Below, piece by piece: positions 52,150 to 64,000 of a stretch of DNA of 64,000 nt (positions within the stretch are counted from its first letter, which is position 1; every line of letters starts with the position of its first letter). The notes beneath the pieces were generated by a model. That model was not told the origin of the DNA. It made no database searches and saw only the letters and a program-made list of their open reading frames with translations. The translations under genes and the position numbers were made by a program. The stretch comes from Eledone cirrhosa (Eukaryota): positions 97,402,001 to 97,466,000 of the forward strand of contig OZ024740.1 of NCBI GenBank assembly GCA_964016885.1, written 5' to 3'.

Positions 52150-52960
52150 TAAAATCAAGCCCAGCCAAAGAAAATAGTGGTGTGCCACAAAGTACTGTGA
52201 TCGGCTTACTTCTATTCCTCATCTACATTAACCCTTTACCATTTACATTTCTCTATATATACTATTGTATTTTTACAGTACACACTTTATTTTACATAAT
52301 TATCTTACATAATATCGAATCTATGAGATTTTGATACTATTTATTTTGAGAACAATACCTTGACATAAGTCTGAGTGGCTGGTTACAGCCGGTTTGATAA
52401 GAGAGAGGTGAGAGAATTCTGGCCGGATACGGCCGTTTTAAATGCTAAAGCGTTAATGACATTACTGACATAATGAAGCACAGCAACATAAGAATCTTTG
52501 CAGATGATTCTAAGCTCCAGAAGGTCATCAATGAAGTGGGTGACTGGACATGTCTTCAGTCAGACCTATTGGCAGTTATCCAATGGGTCGAAAAGAGGCT
52601 TGGGAGTAATTGTGGACAAGAACATAAGCTGGGCCACTCATATAAACAGTAAAGTTGACATGGCCCGCAGAATGTGTTCCTGGATTCTCAGAACCTTCCA
52701 GTCGAACCACACTATTATCCTTATCTTCATTTTTGCCTGGCTCCACCTTGAATACTGTTTTCCACTGTGGTCTCCCCTCTTCGAAACAAATATCATGAAA
52801 ATTGAAGCTTCTCAAGCGTCAATCACAAACAAAATAGATGGCATGACAGGTCTTGACTATTGGGGTTGACTAAAATCTCAAACTTTATTCTCCCTAACGT
52901 CGCTGTAAGTGTTACATCATCTTCATGATGTGGAAAATATACCATCATCATAGCCCAAAT
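52150..52960 (+). mobile_element. CR1-like LINE RT relic
   Basis: SGVPQST..LLFLIYIND, FADDSKL, LGVIVDKNISW, LEYCFPLWSP. Confidence 0.75.
52232..52452. mobile_element. piggyBac-like MITE with TTAA TSD
   Basis: TTAA-CCCTTTACCATTTA...TAAATGCTAAAGCG-TTAA; removing it restores I-Y-I-N-D-I in the CR1 frame. Confidence 0.8.
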
Positions 52961-53036
52961 GATGTAAATGCGCGTAACAGGTTGATACTCAATAAATATC
53001 TTTTATATGTAAACGAAAAATCCTCGTTTTTTTCTA

Positions 53037-53111
<75 letters not shown>

Positions 53112-54569
53112 CCTACATATATGTTTATACGTAGCTGTATATGATAAACACTCACTAAATTGAAATTTTGTTCGCTTAAAGAAAAAGTAGACAAAAAGCT
53201 ATTGGAAATGGTTAGTGACAGAATAAGAGATGGAACAATTTTCAAGCAATTAAAAATGAATTTCCAATGAATTAACATATTAGGAGAAAAAAAATAATCT
53301 GAATTTTACCTCAATAAGTGTTATTTGTATGGCTGCCCTTCTTACTTCTAAACAATTTGTCAAATACAAAATGAGTTGAGAACATTGATGGTTAAGCTTA
53401 AAGAAGGTAATTTAAATTTTTAATGAAATATGTGGAGTTAGATACATAAAAGCAATTTTGATTTTGATTCAAAATTTCTAGAGTTTTCATATCAAAAGCA
53501 AAATATTTCATCATAAATTATGAAAGAAAATTTTAAGTTTCAAACATCAGCTTAATAGAATAAAAACTACTAAATCCTTCAAAATTCTTGACCATTTATC
53601 AAATCAACAAAGAACACACAGAAAGTGTATTTCAGTAAAAATATATTTATAAATGGATTCATATCTGGCATGGGTTTACGGGTAAAACGTTTACTTCACA
53701 ATCATGTAGGCCAGTGTCAAATCCCACAAAGTGGTGTCTTGGGCAAGTGTCTTTATCAGAGACTCAAGTAAATCCAAGTCTTATAAGTAAAATTTGGTTA
53801 GCAGAAGCCTATCAGATGAATTATACTTGTAATTCATAGATCAAGCCTTGTAACACTGTATTACTGATTCAGTTTGGGAATCAATTCTAAGGGTGCACGT
53901 GACTATAAAATACACAGTTAACTTGTTAATTGAATGATCAAGCAGATATTTCAGTTAGCTGAAGAACTAAAAGCACACTGTCGAAATAAATGGAGGGTCC
54001 ATCACTGTAGTTATTCTCTGCACCCAGAATGATATTAATCAGAATCGATTCCAGGTATCTCAGTTGATATAAAGGGGTGATGATGATGGAAGTATTGTAG
54101 AATATTGGAGGCTCTGGTATTGATTGTTTTCCTCATTTATGCACTGAATACATGGATACAAGATACATATCTCTACTACCTTCAGTTTTCATTCTGATAG
54201 ATTTGATTTTTTTACTACACAATTGAGTGCTTAGCTGCAGGAAAGTCATCTTGCTGATGTGGTTACAACACTTTGCAAATATATAAATTCTTGAAAATAG
54301 ATGCAAAATAGAAAATATAAACAATAATATTTGTAGTTCGTGTTATTCTTTCCTTATTTTATGTATGTTTTCAGATTCATGTAGGCTTTCAGTTTATGTC
54401 GTTTTTATGTTTTGTCTTTTAAGACAGAAACACAGTTTCATTCACAACTTTTTTTTATATTTCAATGTTTCTTTTTTAGCTTTTTAATATACTTAGTCAG
54501 AAGAGAAGTGTTGTGCCCATGAACATTTTCAAGACCTTAAAGAAATGACGCAAAAATATTTGCTTAATG

Positions 54570-54895
54570 TGAGAATGGCAAAGTATGGGTGATCTGAAGA
54601 AGAAACTGGCTATAAGAAGAATCAGAATTAGAGTGCAGGAAAGGAGACTGCATTGGCATGGACATGTGATGTGCATGGATGTTGATTGCTAGGTGATGAA
54701 GTTCCACCATATCCGAGTAGAGAGAAGATGTGGTAGAGGAAGACCAAGGAAGACCTGGATAGAAGCGGTGAGGGCAAATCTCAGATTGCAAGAGTTCACA
54801 GCTGAGATGACAAAAGAACTAGACAAGTGGGAGAGATGCTATACAGAGAATTACCTTTCCAACCCATGCAAGCATGGAACAACAGTCGTAAAATG
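54570..54895 (+). mobile_element. RTE 3' end fragment
   Basis: RRLHWHGHV..RGRPRKTWIEAVRANL; CCAACCCATGCAAGCATGGAA terminus similar to about 33036. Confidence 0.75.
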
Positions 54896-54984
54896 ATGAG
54901 GATGATGATGGTGATGATGATATATTTCACAGAGTGAGAAAGAAATACAGATAGAGTGTCAGAAAGATATATATAAATAATGAA

Positions 54985-55026
<42 letters not shown>

Positions 55027-56089
55027 TTCGGTTAATAGGAGTTAGGTATTGTATACCCGTGTCCCATTAAGGTATTGAATCCAACCACCGACAACATAGT
55101 TGGATGACCGATAATCACACCAAACCGGAGTACTGTGATCCTTGTGATTTTGAGATATACAACCACTGACACTCTTACGAAGACCAGAAAACCATACTCC
55201 ATAATATTGAACCAAGTGATTGATTTGCGCGACCAAAATAACACCACACACATATTGAACTAGGAATATTGGATCCTCCGTCAATGTCTGGGTGAGCAAA
55301 AGTAGATCTCTATCTGCATTGGAATTTACGAACTTGTGCATCTGCTGTGGTGTCAAAAACAAACGCACATGACCGCACGGATGAACAATGGACTATACCA
55401 CGTGGCTTGAACCTGCAGGTGAATTGAAGGATGTGTAACTCTGATATACAGATTGTTTATTATTAGGATGTATAAACTTGACATAACTATTATCATCTTA
55501 TATTCTCTCAAATAATCACATTTGATTATATTTCTCTATCCCGTTTTCTCCCCCTATATTTATAATATTTTTATTTGAAAAGATCGGTTTTTTTTTACAT
55601 TGTGTTTCCCCTCCTAATACTTGCTTATATTTCTTTATATATTCTCTATATATTTTTTATATATATTTTTTATCTTTATTCTTATTTTCACTTTTATCCT
55701 CCTTTATTCTTACTTTTATACCTTATTATAGTGTAATCTTCCCCATGCCTTATTATACATTATTAATTATAGATTATTATTATTACTCTTTTTCCATTTC
55801 TAATTACCTCCTCCATTATATATATATTGTATGCCTTTTGTGTGTGTGTAGCCTCTGCACACCCTCTGCACCCTACTATCGACGCCACCCCATCTATGGC
55901 TCAACTAACCACTCGACTCCCGGGAATGAATATGACCCCAGCTAGTAAAAAAGGACACAAACCCCACCCTCCCGCACCAAAATTAAAATTAGACTTATCG
56001 TCCCCTGCTTTTGCTCTTTACTCTCTTTACTCTTTGTTCTTGAATGTTTGGTTGGTAGAGTCCATAACACCAATCAAACCCCTTTTATA

Positions 56090-56134
56090 GCTCTGACGAA
56101 TCCTACGGTTACATAAGGAAGAAACATTGTAAGC
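56090..56134 (+). ncRNA. Type I hammerhead at the 3' end of a PLE-like relic (about 55026-56180)
   Basis: GCU-CUGACGA-A UCCU..AGGA A-GAAA-CAUUG-UA/AGC; AATAAA at 56136; (TA)n at 56180. Confidence 0.75.
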
Positions 56135-56179
56135 CAATAAAAATCTTTTGATGTTGTAGACGCTCTTGTGTTCTTTATC

Positions 56180-56240
<61 letters not shown>

Positions 56241-56352
56241 CATATATATATATATATACATACATATATATATATATATATACATATATTAATATGCATG
56301 AGTATACACCATTTTGGTCACACACAAGTATTTATATGCATACTAGCATGTA

Positions 56353-56427
<75 letters not shown>

Positions 56428-58169
56428 TTACATGCTAGTATGCATATAAATACTTGTGTGTGACCAAAATGGTGTATACTCATGCATATTAATATATGTA
56501 TATATTTACACATTTGCATAAGTACATATGCATACATGCATACATGCACCCCCCCACACACACACACCCACACACACAAATACACACACACACACACACA
56601 ATTTAGCCGGAGAATGATCAGTTTTGTTATTATTATTGCTATTTTATTGTTTCTTATATCATCTGACTACGCGATTAATAGTTTAGCCATTTATTGATTT
56701 ATGCTTATTTTTTCTTTATCTAAAAATATTAAAATATTTAACAAATGTGATTTAGCTGTTTTATTTTTTCTCAAAATAACAGGAATTATAATTTGAGAAT
56801 TTTAATGTGTATAAACTAAAAATATAATTTTCAAAAAGTAAATAAAATAAAATTTTAAAAATATATATGATATGTATGTATATATATATATTATATATAT
56901 ACATTTAATTTAAATATATAATAGATAATGTATTGAAACTGCTAGTAATTTAAATTTCATAAGAAACTATTCTATAATGTGCACTAGATGTATTTATCTG
57001 GGTCAGAATTATCATCTTTACATATATTACTTTAATGATAATGGAGATGCTCCATGATTCACAGCCATAAAGACAGATTCAACTGATTTGTAAAGATAAG
57101 AACTACACACTCATTTCCTCTCAATGGTTTCTACCTTCTTAGGTTTCTCAGTTATACATTGTGACTCACAGAAACAGAGATTGAACATAAATATATAATG
57201 TACATTCTATAATATTGTGTGTGGAAGTGTGGATGCCATAATCAACAGTATCTAGAGCATATCTAAGAGCTGCTGGGTGCCTGATCCCAGCTTATGAAGC
57301 CAGAATATATCACTAGTATGTTTCATGATAATGCCAGTTGGAAGAGAACTGTAGCCATGTGTGCAGCATCCAAAACAGGTTGGTGATAATGATGATGATT
57401 GTCATCATTAAAACTTTATGGTCTGATTTAAAAAAAAAAAAATTTTACATGGAAGGTGTAGTACCACCACATACATGTTCCTTGATATATTTAGTAGAGT
57501 CCCAATTTTGCAAACATTTGGACAAAATCTTTGCTTTGAGAATATCTTCCTAATTCGTTCCAACCTACACATAATGGATATCATGTTTTAGTCTTACTTC
57601 ATTAGTTTGCTGGGGACTGAAAAGATGATGATTCTACATATGTGTGTGTATTTGTGCATGTAGAAACTATGTCAAGCAAAGGGTTAAGATAACTTTATGA
57701 AAAAAATGGACCTAGTACACTCTGTAAAGTGTTTAAATTTATGAAGGGAACTCAGCTGTAGAAAGGACAACAAAACTGGAATTTATGTAAGACATGGCCT
57801 TCAGTCCATCTAAGAGGAATGTAGCTCTAATTAAGTACTGCCAACTCAAGCCAGCATTGAAACCTAAAGTAAAATGATGTTGAAATGGATGGTGATGATA
57901 ACATGTGCATATGTGTGCGTATGTCTGTTCTCAAATACTGAAACATATTTATAAAGGTGAAAACCATTAACAAAATAAAACATAGATTAGCCTGCAGCTC
58001 CAAACCAAATTTTGTTAAAACTAATCTAAATTTTGCTAGTAGACCTACTTAGAGTCTGAAACAAATGTATTATTTACTTTTAGCAAAGTTTGAATGTTAC
58101 TACTATTAATAATAATAACTCTTAGTGAGTCAAACTTAATAATTTACAGAAACAGCTATTTGGTTTTGA

Positions 58170-58227
<58 letters not shown>

Positions 58228-58282
58228 TCATCATCGTCACAGTTTAACATAATATTTTATTATCTATTTATAATGACATTAT

Positions 58283-59033
58283 AAATATAAATTTAGCGAG
58301 AATTGCATTTCGGCGCGTAGAAATTGGCGAAACGCAACTTCTGTGTTGTGCAGACAAGCGCTCCATGGATATGAAGATACCAGAGCTATAAACATAAGTT
58401 AAAATGGTCATACAAACTGAGACGATGGTTAAGAAGCCATTAACCACCTTAGCCAAAAAAGCGAACAAGCTAAACGGGTCAAACAAAATAAGATATGATT
58501 GAAATAGTTACCCAGACTCTCGGGGGAGATGGAATACTCCGATATTTGGGTTTCTGCAACACCTAAATCAATAATACTGTCTGCTTATAAAAAAATAAGC
58601 TTTTGGTATAATGATCGGACAAGGCATCGCTTTCTCAACAGGCATTTTGCTCTTCGTGTGCCAGAATCTCACAGGTTATGAAAGCACATGTGAGGTGCTA
58701 AGGGGAGGAAACCTCTATTTTGGCCAGTGAATTGAGCATGTATAGTTATTGCGAAACATTTGCAAAAACAGCACAAGACGAATTAAGCTCTCGACCGAGT
58801 TGTTTTTAAAATAAACTTAAGCGATTGATCAGTCAATAGAGTTAACTAAAAAGCCAAATAAAATTAACTGGTTAATCGCTTGACTTGGGAGATTAATTAA
58901 TACAAATATAAATTTAGCGAGAATCGCATTTCGGCGGGTAGAAATTGGTGAAACGCAACTTCTGTATTGTGCAAACAAGCGCTCCATGGATATGAAGATA
59001 CCAGAGCTATAAACATAAGTTAAAATGGTCATA
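58283..59033. repeat. Element with 130-bp terminal direct repeats (period 621 bp)
   Basis: 58283-58412 matches 58904-59033; flanked by (TA)n. Confidence 0.8.
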
Positions 59034-59510
59034 TATATAATATATATATATATTATATATAATATAATATATCATAAATTGAGTATTAAAATAAATGTAG
59101 AAAGATTGCTTCAATTTCCATTATAATATGCATTCATATCTTCAAACCCATGAGATTCTGTTTTAGATCACACAGCCTGGCATTATCACCATCATTTAAT
59201 GGCCATTTTCAACACTAGCTTGGGTTAGGTGAGCAGATCCATTGTAAGATAAGCCAGGTCGGAGAATGGTGTTTGGCTCACACAAACCGATTTTGGCTTA
59301 GAAGTGAGGCCGAACTAGACAAGTGGGAGAGATGCTATACAGAGAATTACCTTTCCAACCCATGCAAACAAGGAACAACAGTCGTAATATGATGAGGATG
59401 ATGATGGTGATGATGATATATTTCAGAGTGTAAGAAAGAAATACAGATAGGGAGTCAGAAAGATATATATAAATAATGAAATAAACATATATATATATAT
59501 ATATATATAT

Positions 59511-62500
59511 TGGAATAAATGCTCTGAAATAGCGATATATATGTGAATATAGACATAGAATATTCGAAAATATTCTGTATGTTTATAATAAACATTTTGA
59601 AGACCTAATCGCTATAGAATAGAATACGTCACGTATTACAATTAGATTCTCGATAAAAGCAAGGGAAGTAATCTACGCGTTTCATTCTTGTTAGAAATCA
59701 TCAGGACTACATATCCAGTGCTTTTATCGAGAATGACACAGCTAGAGACTTATAGAATACTTAGCTGTGTACAGGAACTGGTTTGAAAGAGCGGTTGCCG
59801 GTCCGGCAGAAATTAGAAATTGGAATAAATGCTCTGAAATAGCGATATATATGTGAATATAGACATAGAATATTCGAAAATATTCTGTATGTTTATAATA
59901 AACATTTTGAAGACCTAATCGCTATAGAATAGAATACGTCACGTATTACAATTAGATTCACGATAAAAGCAAGGGAAGTAATCTACGCGTTTCATTCTTG
60001 TTAGAAATCATCAGGACTACATATCCAGTGCTTTTATCGAGAATGACACAGCTAGAGACTTATAGAATACTTAGCTGTGTACAGGAACTGGTTTGAAAGA
60101 GCGGTTGCCGGTCCGGCAGAAATTAGAAATTGGAATAAATGCTCTGAAATAGCGATATATATGTGAATATAGACATAGAATATTCGAAAATATTCTGTAT
60201 GTTTATAATAAACATTTTGAAGACCTAATCGCTATAGAATAGAATACGTCACGTATTACAATTAGATTCTCGATAAAAGCAAGGGAAGTAATCTACGCGT
60301 TTCATTCTTGTTAGAAATCATCAGGACTACATATCCAGTGCTTTTATCGAGAATGACACAGCTAGAGACTTATAGAATACTTAGCTGTGTACAGGAACTG
60401 GTTTGAAAGAGCGGTTGCCGGTCCGGCAGAAATTAGAAATTGGAATAAATGCTCTGAAATAGCGATATATATGTGAATATAGACATAGAATATTCGAAAA
60501 TATTCTGTATGTTTATAATAAACATTTTGAAGACCTAATCGCTATAGAATAGAATACGTCACGTATTACAATTAGATTCTCGATAAAAGCAAGGGAAGTA
60601 ATCTACGCGTTTCATTCTTGTTAGAAATCATCAGGACTACATATCCAGTGCTTTTATCGAGAATGACACAGCTAGAGACTTATAGAATACTTAGCTGTGT
60701 ACAGGAACTGGTTTGAAAGAGCGGTTGCCGGTCCGGCAGAAATTAGAAATTGGAATAAATGCTCTGAAATAGCGATATATATGTGAATATAGACATAGAA
60801 TATTCGAAAATATTCTGTATGTTTATAATAAACATTTTGAAGACCTAATCGCTATAGAATAGAATACGTCACGTATTACAATTAGATTCTCGATAAAAGC
60901 AAGGGAAGTAATCTACGCGTTTCATTCTTGTTAGAAATCATCAGGACTACATATCCAGTGCTTTTATCGAGAATGACACAGCTAGAGACTTATAGAATAC
61001 TTAGCTGTGTACAGGAACTGGTTTGAAAGAGCGGTTGCCGGTCCGGCAGAAATTAGAAATTGGAATAAATGCTCTGAAATAGCGATATATATGTGAATAT
61101 AGACATAGAATATTCGAAAATATTCTGTATGTTTATAATAAACATTTTGAAGACCTAATCGCTATAGAATAGAATACGTCACGTATTACAATTAGATTCT
61201 CGATAAAAGCAAGGGAAGTAATCTACGCGTTTCATTCTTGTTAGAAATCATCAGGACTACATATCCAGTGCTTTTATCGAGAATGACACAGCTAGAGACT
61301 TATAGAATACTTAGCTGTGTACAGGAACTGGTTTGAAAGAGCGGTTGCCGGTCCGGCAGAAATTAGAAATTGGAATAAATGCTCTGAAATAGCGATATAT
61401 ATGTGAATATAGACATAGAATATTCGAAAATATTCTGTATGTTTATAATTAATATTTTGAAGACCTAATCGCTATAGAATAGAATACGTCACGTATTACA
61501 ATTAGATTCTCGATAAAAGCAAGGGAAGTAATCTACGCGTTTCATTCTTGTTAGAAATCATCAGGACTACATATCCAGTGCTTTTATCGAGAATGACACA
61601 GCTAGAGACTTATAGAATACTTAGCTGTGTACAGGAACTGGTTTGAAAGACCGGTTGCCGGTCCGGCAGAAATTAGAAATTGGAATAAATGCTCTGAAAT
61701 AGCGATATATATGTGAATATAGACATAGAATATTCGAAAATATTCTGTATGTTTATAATAAACATTTTGAAGACCTAATCGCTATAGAATAGAATACGTC
61801 ACGTATTACAATTAGATTCTCGATAAAAGCAAGGGAAGTAATCTACGCGTTTCATTCTTGTTAGAAATCATCAGGACTACATATCCAGTGCTTTTATCGA
61901 GAATGACACAGCTAGAGACTTATAGAATACTTAGCTGTGTACAGGAACTGGTTTGAAAGAGCGGTTGCCGGTCCGGCAGAAATTAGAAATTGGAATAAAT
62001 GCTCTGAAATAGCGATATATATGTGAATATAGACATAGAATATTCGAAAATATTCTGTATGTTTATAATTAATATTTTGAAGACCTAATCGCTATAGAAT
62101 AGAATACGTCACGTATTACAATTAGATTCTCGATAAAAGCAAGGGAAGTAATCTACGCGTTTCATTCTTGTTAGAAATCATCAGGACTACATATCCAGTG
62201 CTTTTATCGAGAATGACACAGCTAGAGACTTATAGAATACTTAGCTGTGTACAGGAACTGGTTTGAAAGAGCGGTTGCCGGTCCGGCAGAAATTAGAAAT
62301 TGGAATAAATGCTCTGAAATAGCGATATATATGTGAATATAGACATAGAATATTCGAAAATATTCTGTATGTTTATAATAAACATTTTGAAGACCTAATC
62401 GCTATAGAATAGAATACGTCACGTATTACAATTAGATTCTCGATAAAAGCAAGGGAAGTAATCTACGCGTTTCATTCTTGTTAGAAATCATCAGGACTAC

Positions 62501-64000
62501 ATATCCAGTGCTTTTATCGAGAATGACACAGCTAGAGACTTATAGAATACTTAGCTGTGTACAGGAACTGGTTTGAAAGAGCGGTTGCCGGTCCGGCAGA
62601 AATTAGAAATTGGAATAAATGCTCTGAAATAGCGATATATATGTGAATATAGACATAGAATATTCGAAAATATTCTGTATGTTTATAATAAACATTTTGA
62701 AGACCTAATCGCTATAGAATAGAATACGTCACGTATTACAATTAGATTCTCGATAAAAGCAAGGGAAGTAATCTACGCGTTTCATTCTTGTTAGAAATCA
62801 TCAGGACTACATATCCAGTGCTTTTATCGAGAATGACACAGCTAGAGACTTATAGAATACTTAGCTGTGTACAGGAACTGGTTTGAAAGAGCGGTTGCCG
62901 GTCCGGCAGAAATTAGAAATTGGAATAAATGCTCTGAAATAGCGATATATATGTGAATATAGACATAGAATATTCGAAAATATTCTGTATGTTTATAATA
63001 AACATTTTGAAGACCTAATCGCTATAGAATAGAATACGTCACGTATTACAATTAGATTCTCGATAAAAGCAAGGGAAGTAATCTACGCGTTTCATTCTTG
63101 TTAGAAATCATCAGGACTACATATCCAGTGCTTTTATCGAGAATGACACAGCTAGAGACTTATAGAATACTTAGCTGTGTACAGGAACTGGTTTGAAAGA
63201 GCGGTTGCCGGTCCGGCAGAAATTAGAAATTGGAATAAATGCTCTGAAATAGCGATATATATGTGAATATAGACATAGAACATTCGAAAATATTCTGTAT
63301 GTTTATAATAAACATTTTGAAGACCTAATCGCTATAGAATAGAATACGTCACGTATTACAATTAGATTCTCGATAAAAGCAAGGGAAGTAATCTACGCGT
63401 TTCATTCTTGTTAGAAATCATCAGGACTACATATCCAGTGCTTTTATCGAGAATGACACAGCTAGAGACTTATAGAATACTTAGCTGTGTACAGGAACTG
63501 GTTTGAAAGAGCGGTTGCCGGTCCGGCAGAAATTAGAAATTGGAATAAATGCTCTGAAATAGCGATATATATGTGAATATAGACATAGAATATTCGAAAA
63601 TATTCTGTATGTTTATAATAAACATTTTGAAGACCTAATCGCTATAGAATAGAATACGTCACGTATTACAATTAGATTCTCGATAAAAGCAAGGGAAGTA
63701 ATCTACGCGTTTCATTCTTGTTAGAAATCATCAGGACTACATATCCAGTGCTTTTATCGAGAATGACACAGCTAGAGACTTATAGAATACTTAGCTGTGT
63801 ACAGGAACTGGTTTGAAAGAGCGGTTGCCGGTCCGGCAGAAATTAGAAATTGGAATAAATGCTCTGAAATAGCGATATATATGTGAATATAGACATAGAA
63901 TATTCGAAAATATTCTGTATGTTTATAATAAACATTTTGAAGACCTAATCGCTATAGAATAGAATACGTCACGTATTACAATTAGATTCTCGATAAAAGC
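59511..64000 (-). repeat. 310-bp tandem array (14 full units plus a partial, runs off the window), one hammerhead per unit; non-LTR retrozyme-like
   Basis: Units start at 59511+310k and are almost identical; no ORF in the track; the array abuts (TA)n. Confidence 0.95.
59668..59710 (-). ncRNA. Type I hammerhead ribozyme; repeated at +310k up to 63698-63740 (14 copies)
   Basis: GUAGUC-CUGAUGA-U UUCU AACA AGAA U-GAAA-CGCG-UA/GAUUAC; stem I extended by GGA/UCC and a perfect 16-bp helix (59646-59661 with 59719-59734). Confidence 0.93.

Noticed and set aside
59511-64000. CRISPR array or rRNA/tRNA/snRNA tandem genes
   Set aside because: Units are identical along their whole length with no spacers or cas genes; no 5S, tRNA or snRNA similarity recognised

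Overview
AT-rich, intergenic or intronic eukaryotic DNA, probably from a cephalopod (octopus-like tRNA-SINEs; this is inference). I found no host gene. Nearly all short ORFs in the track are microsatellite artefacts. The window is a nest of microsatellite-targeting retroelements: (1) an intact two-ORF Tx1/L1-clade LINE in (ATT)n plus two decayed relatives; (2) an R4/Dong-like RLE LINE in the same repeat on the opposite strand; (3) a near-complete Naiad-type Penelope-like element (PLE) with an inverted 5' pseudo-LTR, plus PLE fragments in (TA)n; (4) RTE and CR1 relics, SINEs and a TTAA MITE. The main hidden signal is catalytic RNA. I could fold about 20 canonical-core type I hammerhead ribozymes (HHRs) by eye, plus about 8 variant or degenerate ones. 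Fourteen lie in a nearly homogeneous, highly structured, ORF-less 310-bp tandem array (59511 to window end) that looks like a non-autonomous retrozyme (circRNA-producing) locus. An unrelated 500-bp tandem unit carries an HHR with the same unusual stem II (U.U + 4 bp + AACA loop). A U3:A8 compensatory-core HHR sits in both arms of a 360-bp palindrome. All folds are by eye and no activity is demonstrated.
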